From positions 14,446 through 78,445 of the IMG/VR virus record IMGVR_UViG_3300009314_000008: a DNA stretch of 64,000 bases; one strand, written 5' to 3'. The position numbers and the translations under genes were made by a program. A model generated the notes under the pieces. That model did not search any database. It worked only from the letters and a program-made list of their open reading frames with translations, and was not told the origin of the DNA. This document shows, in pieces, positions 21,522-31,156 of this stretch; the stretch's first letter is position 1, and each line of letters opens with the position of its first letter. This stretch comes from a virus.

Positions 21522-21994
21522 AAGTTATCAGATGAAAATGCTTTTTTTAGTAATTCTTGAAACTCTCCTTTCTTCTCAAGAATTATATTGCGAATATTAA
21601 ACTTCATTTTGGAAACGAATTCTATGCGTTCTTTTAATCCTTCTTCCTGTTCAAATTTATTTCCCTGGCTCGCAACAAAATCTTTATCGTTATATTTGGC
21701 CAGATAAGCTGCCACTGAAATCTGGTTAGTTATTGATGGTATCGTTCCAATAACTGGCTCCCTGAATATCAGCCCTTCGCATCGCAGTGCCATCTTCGAA
21801 GTTATCTCCCTCAATGTAAAGAATATTTTGCCGTTGCATATCGTATGGTCTACTTCAATCGGCTTTCCACTTATCTCACAGTCAATAATTCTATTAATTT
21901 CTCCCTGTTCTTTCTCTTTTGCCGTGGTATTATCTATACTTTTTATTTTCTTCTGATCTCGCTCTTTGTCTTTCTTTATTTTGTCAATATCCAT
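21509..21994 (-). CDS. Tail assembly chaperone (gpG-like)
   Basis: Between tube and tape measure genes; ends at the slippery site. Confidence 0.65.
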   Translation of the reverse strand: MDIDKIKKDKERDQKKIKSIDNTTAKEKEQGEINRIIDCEISGKPIEVDHTICNGKIFFTLREITSKMALRCEGLIFREPVIGTIPSITNQISVAAYLAKYNDKDFVASQGNKFEQEEGLKERIEFVSKMKFNIRNIILEKKGEFQELLKKAFSSDNLKNL

Positions 21995-22011
21995 ATATTA
22001 TTCTCCTGTTA

Positions 22012-22602
22012 TTATGGTGTCCCCACCGGCAATGGCTCGGTTTTTTCCCAGACAAATGTAGCCGACTGCATAACCCCTCGCTGACCAGCCTTGAAGCCCA
22101 TACTCGCTCTTTCGGGAATAGCATTTTTAAGTCGCAATAACTGCGCTATTGATCTTCCCGTTAAATAGTTATTGTCAGCATTATTTTCGAAGAAAATCAA
22201 CATTAAATTAACTGGTCTATCAAATAGATCGCTGTCTAAATCAAGAAATATCTGCGTATTAGTTAGTTCTCCATCATATTCCAATACATCGTAAATTGAT
22301 TTTAATAGGTCCTTGAATAATATTAATCGATTAACAGCCAATCTCTCGTCTCCATCGGTTAACAAAGTATACAAAGCCTTTGAACCAATCTCCCCAACGG
22401 TTGTTACTCCACGACCTGCAGTCCACTGTTGAGTTGATATCATTCCAATGATATGATAATCCGAAAGAAGTGGATCACCGTCGTTTTCCTGGGGATCAGC
22501 GACGGCCAACATAACTTCATCACCACTTAATAAATTTGGACTGATCAAGCCTTCTATAATAGGATATGTAGGATTATCTATTACTTCCTGCACTGTTTTC
22601 AT
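22012..22602 (-). CDS. Tail tube-like protein 2
   Basis: IG.I...EIGS...RLI...LLK.IY...D..LF..P...L.N......GQRG; paralog of the next gene. Confidence 0.6.
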   Translation of the reverse strand: MKTVQEVIDNPTYPIIEGLISPNLLSGDEVMLAVADPQENDGDPLLSDYHIIGMISTQQWTAGRGVTTVGEIGSKALYTLLTDGDERLAVNRLILFKDLLKSIYDVLEYDGELTNTQIFLDLDSDLFDRPVNLMLIFFENNADNNYLTGRSIAQLLRLKNAIPERASMGFKAGQRGVMQSATFVWEKTEPLPVGTP

Positions 22603-22612
22603 ATTGTTTCTC

Positions 22613-23227
22613 CTATGTTATTGGCAAATATCTTGTTTTTGCCCACTTGATCACAACATTTTCGGCTAGGCCTCTTTGTCCTTCTGCCACAACATCGCTC
22701 ATTTGCTGGATTAATACGTTTTCCAAATAGGCTAGCATCAACAATTCTCTTTTGCCGTTCATCATCTCAATAAGTAAACCTGTGGGTTTTTTGAATAATG
22801 GATGGTCAATGTTTTTCCAGATATTTCCATACGGATAATCTCCCGTCTCTACTGTCCATGGCTCGTCAGAATTTTCACCATGTTCAACATCTAACAAAAA
22901 GTTATACATCGCTTTCAAGAGATTGCTCTGTTTGGTTATTATCCGCGGTATGGCAATAACCTTGTCGCCCCTACTTGTTGTGTTGTATCGAGCATGTGTG
23001 CCAAGCTCACTTGTTTTATTGACTCTTTTAAATGTGTTGACATCCAACCCTTGCAATAACCCAATAGGTTTTAAGTCTATTACTCCATAACCATAGGTTG
23101 ACATATTTGCAAGCAAAGCAGGACCGGGAGCGACGATAATACCATCGCCCCCGATGAATTCTATGGAGTTCGCTTGCCCACCAATGGGTTCGTTGGGGTT
23201 TAAACTTTCATCTAATGTAGGTACCAT
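22613..23227 (-). CDS. Tail tube protein
   Basis: PIGLLQG...ELGT...RII...NLLKAMY...YLENV...GQRG; immediately after sheath. Confidence 0.65.
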   Translation of the reverse strand: MVPTLDESLNPNEPIGGQANSIEFIGGDGIIVAPGPALLANMSTYGYGVIDLKPIGLLQGLDVNTFKRVNKTSELGTHARYNTTSRGDKVIAIPRIITKQSNLLKAMYNFLLDVEHGENSDEPWTVETGDYPYGNIWKNIDHPLFKKPTGLLIEMMNGKRELLMLAYLENVLIQQMSDVVAEGQRGLAENVVIKWAKTRYLPIT

Positions 23228-23237
23228 ATTTGCTCCC

Positions 23238-25280
23238 TCACACTATATAAATATAATTGTTTATTCTGTTGACTGGATAATAATGCTTTATTTCAACCTT
23301 GTTATCGACTTGATCTCTATTTACCACATTTGCAGCAACTCCAATTACTTTAAAGTCAGCCAAACATTCTATTTCATTAACAAACTTATATCTGATAGTA
23401 GCTAGATCGTTATTCAATTTTTTGATATATCTCCTATTTTTAGCCGAATTAGTTGCTTCGTGGGAGATGCTATTATCTACCCCTTTTGCCACATGTGGTC
23501 TAAGGGTTGATCTAATAGCCTGAGCAACGCTGACAGTCACGATTACTATTGATAACTCTTTTTTTTCAAGAATAGCCTGAGCGGTTGTTTTCTGATGATA
23601 AATACCAATAGGTGCCCCTTCCATTTCCTGGTGTAACATAAACCACCCAGAGTCTTTAATTGCCTCAAGTTGATTTATTGTGAAATAATTAATGGTAGGT
23701 AGCCAAGTAATCAAAGGAAGTGCATCATTAGTGAATACATAACCCAATATTTTTGAAGAGACATAACCGGCCACTATCACAGCAATATGATAACCAAATA
23801 GTTTTGTGTCTCCCATCATTGCATAATATGGACCACATAATACTACTCGCTGACTATCATAGCCATTTGGAACAGTAACCGCTGTATCTGCATCAGTTTG
23901 AGGAGTATATCCACTATCACAGAATAGACTATCCTGTGGCCAGGATAATACTTCCGCAGAAAGGTCTCCAAAGGTACTACCATAATCTTTATTGACAGTA
24001 AATGTGTCATTCGAAGTATCAACAGCAATAACATCAGACTCAACGGTTATTCCGCCATAAGTTGCAGAAAATACCATTCCGGCTTTAATGTCTGCGGCCT
24101 CGCCAGCCCCTATTGTAACCACTGTTTTTGATCCATCTGATGCCGCCGCAATTTCAGAGATAGTAAATTCATCTCCATCTTCTCCATAGGTAAGTCCGTT
24201 GCCCCCGTTTACTACTTTTTCCGAAATAAATACCTGTTTCTCACGTTTATAGTCTGTTCCGGACTGTGTCTCTGCCCAGGTTTTAAATCCGCTCAAAACC
24301 GTTTCATTGTCTGTTAGGGGAACTATAAAGAATGCGGTTGATACCCCATTAATTGACTCTTGGGCAGCAACCCAACTTGTATTAGCAGCCAATATCGTTG
24401 ATAATGCGTCGGTCCCATCAACAGGAATAGCATAAATCCTAAATTGATTGACTCCACCATTAGCGGCCAAATGTAAAAACGCACCAAAAGCCAGATTGCT
24501 GTCTGGGTCTTCTAGACTCTCCGATCCAAACTTATCCACGAGATCACCAACCGATGTAATGGTATAAAGTCCGCTAATGTCTGTTTTCTGAACTATAATA
24601 TCATAAAGGAGAACAGGACGTCTGACTTTCGGGGTATTCATGTTAGACCCAAGATAATCATACCATATGCTATCATCCACACTGGCAGCCAATGCCCCTG
24701 TTACAACCTCAACAAGAGTAAACTGGCTATTGCCCACATCAATAGACAATATCTCGTAATACTTATCATCGTCTCCATGATAAAAACATTGCCCAACCTC
24801 TAATAGCGACATAAATTTTGTTGCGTTTGAGCCTCCAACCGTAACTATTTCACCCCCAGCATCCATAGTATAGGTTAAATTAGCGCCACCATAGTTTTTG
24901 CCAATCTGTCGCAAGAAATCAGTTGAGAGGAACGTTATGGTCGCAATGCCATCATTATTATAATTTGTTTTACTGATAGTGGGGTTTGTGTTGAAATAAT
25001 ATGCTGTTGACATTTGAATAGCAGCAGGATCCTCTTCGCCAGCTTTTCTGATGAACAATTTCATGTCACCGTTTGCCTGCATTTTCTCAGCATCATTTAA
25101 TTTCATTTTATTGTCTTCTGTAGCGTCAATAGTCAGATCGCCTACCAATATCGGTCCATGATAAGTTTTTTTCGATACCCTCAATGGGACACCAACAACA
25201 ACGGCCCCTCTCGTGGGCGCGACCAGGCTACTCCCTTGTATTTGATATAGTATGTTTGTAAATACACCATTTCTACTCAT
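23238..25280 (-). CDS. Contractile tail sheath protein
   Basis: 680 aa; FIVPLT, HQKTT..ELSIV, C-terminal YYPVNRINNYIY sheath signature. Confidence 0.75.
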   Translation of the reverse strand: MSRNGVFTNILYQIQGSSLVAPTRGAVVVGVPLRVSKKTYHGPILVGDLTIDATEDNKMKLNDAEKMQANGDMKLFIRKAGEEDPAAIQMSTAYYFNTNPTISKTNYNNDGIATITFLSTDFLRQIGKNYGGANLTYTMDAGGEIVTVGGSNATKFMSLLEVGQCFYHGDDDKYYEILSIDVGNSQFTLVEVVTGALAASVDDSIWYDYLGSNMNTPKVRRPVLLYDIIVQKTDISGLYTITSVGDLVDKFGSESLEDPDSNLAFGAFLHLAANGGVNQFRIYAIPVDGTDALSTILAANTSWVAAQESINGVSTAFFIVPLTDNETVLSGFKTWAETQSGTDYKREKQVFISEKVVNGGNGLTYGEDGDEFTISEIAAASDGSKTVVTIGAGEAADIKAGMVFSATYGGITVESDVIAVDTSNDTFTVNKDYGSTFGDLSAEVLSWPQDSLFCDSGYTPQTDADTAVTVPNGYDSQRVVLCGPYYAMMGDTKLFGYHIAVIVAGYVSSKILGYVFTNDALPLITWLPTINYFTINQLEAIKDSGWFMLHQEMEGAPIGIYHQKTTAQAILEKKELSIVIVTVSVAQAIRSTLRPHVAKGVDNSISHEATNSAKNRRYIKKLNNDLATIRYKFVNEIECLADFKVIGVAANVVNRDQVDNKVEIKHYYPVNRINNYIYIV

Positions 25281-25330
25281 TTTCGTCTCCTTATCAAATT
25301 TGATTAATTACATATATTTTATCATTTATT

Positions 25331-25336
25331 TGTCAA
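25331..25336 (-). promoter_or_regulatory. TTGACA -35-like box upstream of sheath operon
   Basis: TTGACA in intergenic gap; possible TGTAAT at an 18-nt spacer; the same box precedes other structural operons. Confidence 0.45.
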
Positions 25337-25348
25337 CTAATTTCTACA

Positions 25349-25900
25349 TTAGTCTCCACTTACTTCTCTCACCGTTGGGAACCAATCATGAAATTCCCCT
25401 TCTATTGTTTTTGTCATATTGACTCTTATATCATAATAAACTGTCGACACCCATCCTTTCATAAAGTTATTTTCCCTGGGTGTTGCTTTATCTTTAACAA
25501 TATCATCAAATGTTCTTGAAATACTTATGTCCGTAGATTTTGGGAGAGTATAGGTCTCCCTCATTTGAGACATGAGATAGCTTGCGATAGATTCAACCTC
25601 TTCATCGTTTGTGCTGTATATTTCAACAACGATAGTAAAATCTGATATATATAAATATATACGGTCTTCGCTCATAGGATCATATGATAATAATCCATTG
25701 CTGCCATTGATTACTACATTTTCCCTTGCTATTGATACAACCATGCCCGGATATTCCATTTTTTCCGCCCAATCTCCAGATGTATAAAAATTGTCCGCAG
25801 AATAATCTTCATGATTAAAGAGTAATCCCCTTAACCATATCAAATTTGCTTCTTTTAACGCCGTTTTATTAAACATTCGGCACTTCCAGAGTAAATGCAA
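25349..25900 (-). CDS. Tail completion/terminator-like protein (start probably 25876)
   Basis: YPGMVVS, VEIYSTNDEEVESIA pattern; directly upstream of sheath. Confidence 0.55.
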   Translation of the reverse strand: MHLLWKCRMFNKTALKEANLIWLRGLLFNHEDYSADNFYTSGDWAEKMEYPGMVVSIARENVVINGSNGLLSYDPMSEDRIYLYISDFTIVVEIYSTNDEEVESIASYLMSQMRETYTLPKSTDISISRTFDDIVKDKATPRENNFMKGWVSTVYYDIRVNMTKTIEGEFHDWFPTVREVSGD

Positions 25901-26642
25901 TATCCTGATAATGGAGTTTTTTTAGGAGGATATTCTGCCTCACGATAAATTTGCCCATAGATCCCATTAAATATGTGTAATCCGGTTGTCTGTTCACGAC
26001 ATATCGCTCCCGATTGCTCCTGATAACTATGTCTCCCTGTTTAACGATGGGTAAATTTGACATATAAGCCTGTACAACTTCTTCTTCTTTTTCGATTTGA
26101 CCAATTTGAATATCATCCGTTATTGTCCTACTATAATTGATATATGTTGTAACCGGTCCTTTATATCCGTTTATTCTTCCACTGCCACCACAACTTGAGC
26201 AGGAAGATTTGATTCTTTTTTTTAGAGTCTCATTGTAGCAATTAGTACAATTCATATTCGTTTCTGATTTGCAATAAATATAAGATATCTCCCCGAGGGG
26301 AACTTTTTCCAATTGCCATAAAATATCTGAAGCAACTCCCAACAAATAAGGATCACCAATATTATTAGGAGTCACGATGTTAGATTCTTCTTTCCCACAC
26401 ACTATTTTATATTTAATATACTTATTATTAATCGCTTTCTGTTCTATATCAAGATATGATGTGGCTTTTCCCCGAGATATTATTTGGAACTCATCCCCAT
26501 CATTTAATGCCCTTAATACATCAAATTCTAACTCCATTATTGGGGGCATTGTCGTCCACATTAATAAGACAGTATGAGTATTTGTTCTTTCTGCTGTAAA
26601 TTCACTTATTCTCATGGCATTGCTCGCTGGATATCTGCCCAA
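25869..26642 (-). CDS. Head-closure/neck protein with Zn ribbon (start probably 26615)
   Basis: CTNC...CSSCGGSG...GY and PIVKQGDIVI...RYVV; position in neck cluster. Confidence 0.55.
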   Translation of the reverse strand: MGRYPASNAMRISEFTAERTNTHTVLLMWTTMPPIMELEFDVLRALNDGDEFQIISRGKATSYLDIEQKAINNKYIKYKIVCGKEESNIVTPNNIGDPYLLGVASDILWQLEKVPLGEISYIYCKSETNMNCTNCYNETLKKRIKSSCSSCGGSGRINGYKGPVTTYINYSRTITDDIQIGQIEKEEEVVQAYMSNLPIVKQGDIVIRSNRERYVVNRQPDYTYLMGSMGKFIVRQNILLKKLHYQDIAFTLEVPNV

Positions 26643-27013
26643 CCTTTAATCTTGTTTATTGATTCTTCGAACTCTTGCTTCATTGATGCCATTAAAGATA
26701 TATAGAGAGGCGTATTCCCCTCTCTATCTGCTATTACTCCTCCATCGTTTATAGTAACTTTATTTCTTATTTTTTGAGCAACCCTCGCTTGCATAGCATA
26801 ATAAGCTGTGCCCAATACCAACATATGCTCTGGGCAATCCTCAACTGTATACCCGGTTTGATAAATATGATCAGTATTTATTTTTGATAGTGCGATTACT
26901 GATGCACTGATAATATCATCCTCACTATACTCATAAGAATCCATTAGTTTATTTTCTATAACTATATCGCGGAACATTGCCCTAACGCGAGATATCAATT
27001 GGTTATTATTCAT
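26612..27013 (-). CDS. Head-tail adaptor
   Basis: VRAMFRD, RN...NDGG motif; start at ATG 27013 with an AAGGA RBS. Confidence 0.55.
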   Translation of the reverse strand: MNNNQLISRVRAMFRDIVIENKLMDSYEYSEDDIISASVIALSKINTDHIYQTGYTVEDCPEHMLVLGTAYYAMQARVAQKIRNKVTINDGGVIADREGNTPLYISLMASMKQEFEESINKIKGWADIQRAMP

Positions 27014-27028
27014 TTTTCCTTCTAAATT

Positions 27029-27072
27029 AAAAGGCATAGAGATTAAACTGTGTTCATATTCTCCATGCCTTT
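27029..27072 (-). terminator. Rho-independent terminator after capsid operon
   Basis: AAAGGCATGGAGA...TCTCTATGCCTTTT stem followed by a T-tract on the minus strand. Confidence 0.7.
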
Positions 27073-27105
27073 AATATCTTATCACTATGGGCAGATAAGA
27101 ATCAA

Positions 27106-27699
27106 TTATTCTTTATTCAGGCCACCCCAAAGTTTTTGCAGAGTGTCAAGGGTGTCCTTTTTGCGATAAGTAACTTTTTCATCAGTATCACGAGTTTCAT
27201 TATAAGCATCCAAATTTTCCATGATCTTGGCACGGTTCAACGGTTTTGGCCCTTCCTTTTTATTGGTGATTTCATCGCCCTTTATTTCTTTTTTGGCTAC
27301 CTCTTCCTGTTTCAATATTAATTCTTTTTTCTCGGAAATATCACCATCTTCAGCCTTATTAGTAATCCCTTCACCTTCTTCGCTCCCTTTGAGTTCAGGT
27401 TCATCCGGTTTCTTTGAGCCTTCTTCAACCTTATCTTCTATTGTCTCTTCCTCATCGTTCGAAATAGTTAATCCCGAGACAGATATGATTTTGACAGCAT
27501 AGAATTTGGTGTCGACGGTCCATTCACTTTTATCCGTGGTATCGGTCATCATTCCCTTGTAATGTTCATGAACCTCATCACTAATAACAGTAACCTTTTT
27601 AGGACGGACAACAAGTTTATGTTCCCCGTCCATTATTGTTACATTCTCATAGGACTTAATATGCGGATTTTTACGCGTTATATTGAGTATGCGAAACAT
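27106..27699 (-). CDS. Hypothetical protein with acidic low-complexity linker
   Basis: ORF directly after the capsid gene. Confidence 0.55.
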   Translation of the reverse strand: MFRILNITRKNPHIKSYENVTIMDGEHKLVVRPKKVTVISDEVHEHYKGMMTDTTDKSEWTVDTKFYAVKIISVSGLTISNDEEETIEDKVEEGSKKPDEPELKGSEEGEGITNKAEDGDISEKKELILKQEEVAKKEIKGDEITNKKEGPKPLNRAKIMENLDAYNETRDTDEKVTYRKKDTLDTLQKLWGGLNKE

Positions 27700-27712
27700 T
27701 CTCTATTCCCAA

Positions 27713-28720
27713 TTATTTAATTCGGATTCTCATCCTACAGATACCACGAGTGTCGCCAAATCCGTGACCGGTATATCTCCATGCACCCCAGATGAAATCA
27801 TCCCATTCCCATTTGGAATCAGATTTATCGCTTCCAATTTTGATGTTTTTACCCAAATAAGATGGATCTACAAACAAATAGATATCTGTATAGAGCTCGC
27901 CGCTATCACCTTCTTTATCAAAATAGTAAATAGTTTCATCATCATTTTTAAGGTCTGCCTTTATGGTTGTAATGACAGGAATATCCAGCAGGACTTTCTG
28001 CGCTATACCGTTTTTAAAAGTCTCTCCAGCAAGATTACCAACTTCACCAGCATCAAATGCAAGCATATCATTCCATGCAGTCTGAGACATCAACCATTTA
28101 GCAGGCACAAGTCCTTGTCGTGTGATATAGGACATTAGGTTCGTAAGATCTTTTTTTCTACCACTATTTGTCCAATCGATAGTATCAGTATATACTGTGG
28201 TGTCTCCACCAACATGATTACCCGTAATTGTCAATATGGAAGCAACATTCTTGATAAAGCCTAAATCTTGAGTTCGCCTTATTGCTTCGGCACCATTTTT
28301 CGTTACCATATCAACAAGATCGGAAGCAGAAGATGTTTCAAGTTCCAGCCATGGTTTTTTGTGCCGTTCTGTTTCAATTTTGCCGATCCATATCTTATAT
28401 TTTTTTGTGTCTACGAAAATGGGTTGGGTATCACCTCTTATAGAGACCTCGGCAGCGGTTGCTCCGATTTCCTTCTTGTCAAGTACGTAAAATACATCAG
28501 CATCTTCGGTCTCTTGAATACCCGGATCCTTCGGTGACATGGTTTTATTGACCAAGAGTTTCTCAGAGAAAGCCTCTTCCCTTACATATCTCTTGACGTA
28601 ATTTTCCAGAGAAGTTCCGAATTTCGTTATAAAATTATCTTTTGCCTCACGACCATTCATCGCAAGGTCTTGCAGAATATCGTTCGCCTCTTTTATTAAT
28701 TGTGTATTATCTATATTCAT
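27713..28720 (-). CDS. Major capsid protein (HK97 fold)
   Basis: 335 aa; YVREEAFSEKLL, EAIRRTQDLGFI, C-terminal GHGFGDTRGICR; follows scaffold/decoration genes; N-terminal LIKEA. Confidence 0.75.
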   Translation of the reverse strand: MNIDNTQLIKEANDILQDLAMNGREAKDNFITKFGTSLENYVKRYVREEAFSEKLLVNKTMSPKDPGIQETEDADVFYVLDKKEIGATAAEVSIRGDTQPIFVDTKKYKIWIGKIETERHKKPWLELETSSASDLVDMVTKNGAEAIRRTQDLGFIKNVASILTITGNHVGGDTTVYTDTIDWTNSGRKKDLTNLMSYITRQGLVPAKWLMSQTAWNDMLAFDAGEVGNLAGETFKNGIAQKVLLDIPVITTIKADLKNDDETIYYFDKEGDSGELYTDIYLFVDPSYLGKNIKIGSDKSDSKWEWDDFIWGAWRYTGHGFGDTRGICRMRIRIK

Positions 28721-28732
28721 CTCTCATCTCCT

Positions 28733-29203
28733 TTATGCTTGGGTAACCTGTGGGAATCCGAAGGATTTAACCTTCCAAATATCTGTTGCAACGACTCCAG
28801 CCTGTGCTTCCATAACTTGAGCTACCGCAACTTCACCATCGGAAGTGCATTTTGTAAACACCCCATTTGTGATAGTAAGATAATCACCCAATGCGACGGC
28901 TTGTGCAGCATGATTATTATATAATTCCCCTTCCCAATCTGCTCCAACGGGAGTGGCTGCAATATATCCATGATCTTTTGCAGTTAAATAACTTCCCATT
29001 GCAATATAGAACATGCCTATAGATTTAGCCTTCCCAGCAATTGTAAGAACAAGGGAGTCTCCTGTGCTAGCTTTCACAACACCATTCGCAGTCCACTTCA
29101 AGATAGTTCCCTCAACAATATTTTCGAAATTATCATCATCTTGGTCTACCAAAAGGTGAACAGAATATGCGCCTTTAACTTTATTACGACTCTCTACTAA
29201 CAT
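28733..29203 (-). CDS. Capsid decoration/cement protein
   Basis: Small beta-rich protein (GDYLTI..G) directly upstream of MCP. Confidence 0.55.
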   Translation of the reverse strand: MLVESRNKVKGAYSVHLLVDQDDDNFENIVEGTILKWTANGVVKASTGDSLVLTIAGKAKSIGMFYIAMGSYLTAKDHGYIAATPVGADWEGELYNNHAAQAVALGDYLTITNGVFTKCTSDGEVAVAQVMEAQAGVVATDIWKVKSFGFPQVTQA

Positions 29204-29222
29204 TTTTATCTCCTTTTTTTAA

Positions 29223-29630
29223 TTAATGAATTCCCACAAAATTTTGTAAGAATTCTTCTTTAGCAGATTTAGATTTCTCATATCTACCTGCCGATTTTTC
29301 TATGTCACCATCTTTATCATTTCTGGTTGCGCGATAAATTGCTTCCAAATCTTCAGGATTTGGGCTATTATACAATTTATCAAAAGCAATCTTTTCGTGT
29401 ACCTTCCCAATCACTTCATCGTCAACCAGACCTGATACGATAGCCTTACATTTATTTTCTTTTTCAAGCGAAGCAATCTTGTCATTAGCCTGTTGCAACT
29501 TTTCATTCGCTTTATCAATATCTTTTTTTTTATCTATTGCATCTTTTTCCATTTCTTTGATCTTCTGATCAAGTTCACGGATCTTCCCAGCTGATTTCTT
29601 CATTAATTCATTATTATTATTACCCATCAT
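29223..29630 (-). CDS. Scaffold-like coiled-coil protein
   Basis: Coiled coil with KSA/KDA/KIA/KSA motifs; C-terminal FLQNFV. Confidence 0.55.
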   Translation of the reverse strand: MMGNNNNELMKKSAGKIRELDQKIKEMEKDAIDKKKDIDKANEKLQQANDKIASLEKENKCKAIVSGLVDDEVIGKVHEKIAFDKLYNSPNPEDLEAIYRATRNDKDGDIEKSAGRYEKSKSAKEEFLQNFVGIH

Positions 29631-30106
29631 TTGCTCCTTTGCCCTAGACGATAGAAAAACCTGGCAATTCGACGATCTTCTGTTTCGTCTTTCCCAGCTT
29701 CATATTTTTTACCACCAAAGAATGCGCCTATTCCTGTTGCTGCAGCAATCGCTGGCCATACAAACTTTTTAACCTTAATTTTACCCTCTTTTATGATATC
29801 CACATCTGATATTCTCTGCTCAATACGGTCAAAAATTTCATGTGCTTCTTTGCTGAAGAATTCTATTTCAGCAGTTTTTTCTGGCTCTTTCTTCTTGTCA
29901 TCTTCTTTATCTGGATATTTTTTCTTCGGTTCTTTGCCTGACGGTTTTTTCGCCGCTTCTTCCAGTTGCTGGGCAAGGGATAATGGGTCGTCGTCTATAT
30001 GGGATGATTCTGTCTTGTTGTTACCTTCAGAGGTAATTATAGATGCTGATTTATCTATGATGGATTGCAATAAATTCGAACTTCCCAAGATTCCTTTATT
30101 CTCCAT
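29627..30106 (-). CDS. Prohead core protein with C-terminal hydrophobic helix
   Basis: KSA/KTA/KEA motifs; FVWPAIAAATGIGAFFGG. Confidence 0.5.
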   Translation of the reverse strand: MENKGILGSSNLLQSIIDKSASIITSEGNNKTESSHIDDDPLSLAQQLEEAAKKPSGKEPKKKYPDKEDDKKKEPEKTAEIEFFSKEAHEIFDRIEQRISDVDIIKEGKIKVKKFVWPAIAAATGIGAFFGGKKYEAGKDETEDRRIARFFYRLGQRSK

Positions 30107-30127
30107 TATATCTCCTTGTTTAAAGGG

Positions 30128-30694
30128 TTATTCGCCAGTTTTTTCTGTCACTTCTTGAGCTACCTCTGCACCTATAGCTTGAGATGTTTCCAGAATTTCA
30201 GCAGCAATTTCAGGATTTTTTTCCACCACTTCTTCTCCACCAGCTTCTTCGACCAGATTTTCAGCAGCAGCCTCACTAGCCACTTCTGCAATTATTTCAG
30301 CCTCGGTAAGAGCAGGACTCTCCTCGTTTAAAACCTTGTCAACCTCTTCTGCCAACTTTTCGTGTCCCTTATCATTCAATACCTGAATCATTGTGGCATA
30401 AATTTCGTCAGCCATCGGTCCTGCCATAGCCTCTTTGGTTAATGCTTCACCATATGCACACCCAGCACCAAAAGCATAAAGATTATGGGCCTTTACTTTA
30501 TCTTCTTCTGACATCTTTTCCAACTCGTCGTTGGCAATCTTGATAACTTCTGGAAATGCATTTTCAAACTCTTTGGATTCCTTAAGGTATTCAATGGTTT
30601 TATCTTGCGCTTTTTTTACAATAAGATATTGAGCACTTTTTGTAAGCCCAGTTTCTTCTTCATTTGCGGCTAATTTGTTTAAAAATTCAAACAT
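30128..30694 (-). CDS. Acidic scaffold/prohead core protein
   Basis: KLA, KSA, KKA, KIA, KEA, KLA motifs; Glu/Ala-rich. Confidence 0.55.
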   Translation of the reverse strand: MFEFLNKLAANEEETGLTKSAQYLIVKKAQDKTIEYLKESKEFENAFPEVIKIANDELEKMSEEDKVKAHNLYAFGAGCAYGEALTKEAMAGPMADEIYATMIQVLNDKGHEKLAEEVDKVLNEESPALTEAEIIAEVASEAAAENLVEEAGGEEVVEKNPEIAAEILETSQAIGAEVAQEVTEKTGE

Positions 30695-30712
30695 TTTTTA
30701 TCTCCTTTTATA

Positions 30713-31108
30713 TTACTTCTTTTTGAGGATATTATATCCACCATAACCAGCACCAGCCAACCCAAGCCCACCTGTTCCTATTGCAATTGCTTGAGCTTTG
30801 CGCCCTCGTCTGCCAGTAACTATATCGCGCAATTTATTAGTCGTACTGGTGGTATAAGTTGTCGCTTTATTGTAATGCTTGGCAGGGAATTTTTTAGCTT
30901 TGCCGTAAAAGGTTTTCATCCTGCCCATCAACCCTTTACCTTTACCAAGTATTGGCTTAAAATTGATTTTAAAAGCCTCTTTCTCCAATGATTCCGCTTG
31001 TTCAATATAGCCAAGGCTAATGAAATCATTTGCCAACATTTCTTCTGCTACTTTCTTAATTTCACCCATTGTCTTTACTCCTTTTTTTACAATGTTTTTA
31101 TTATTCAT
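30713..31108 (-). CDS. Prohead/ejected protein: acidic pro-part, LEKEA, basic part, Gly-zipper helix
   Basis: AIAIGTGGLGLAGAGYGGY C-terminus. Confidence 0.5.
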   Translation of the reverse strand: MNNKNIVKKGVKTMGEIKKVAEEMLANDFISLGYIEQAESLEKEAFKINFKPILGKGKGLMGRMKTFYGKAKKFPAKHYNKATTYTTSTTNKLRDIVTGRRGRKAQAIAIGTGGLGLAGAGYGGYNILKKK

Positions 31109-31145
31109 ACTATATGATGTTATGCTTGATAATTTTCTGATTATT

Positions 31146-31151
31146 TGTCAA
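31146..31151 (-). promoter_or_regulatory. TTGACA box within a TGCTTGA..TCAAGCA inverted repeat upstream of scaffold/capsid operon
   Basis: Intergenic; shared with other operon starts. Confidence 0.4.
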
Positions 31152-31156
31152 GCAAT

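Noticed and set aside
9101-25280. eCIS/tailocin interpretation of the tail cluster
   Set aside because: Contiguous with terminase, portal, protease and capsid genes, so it is a phage
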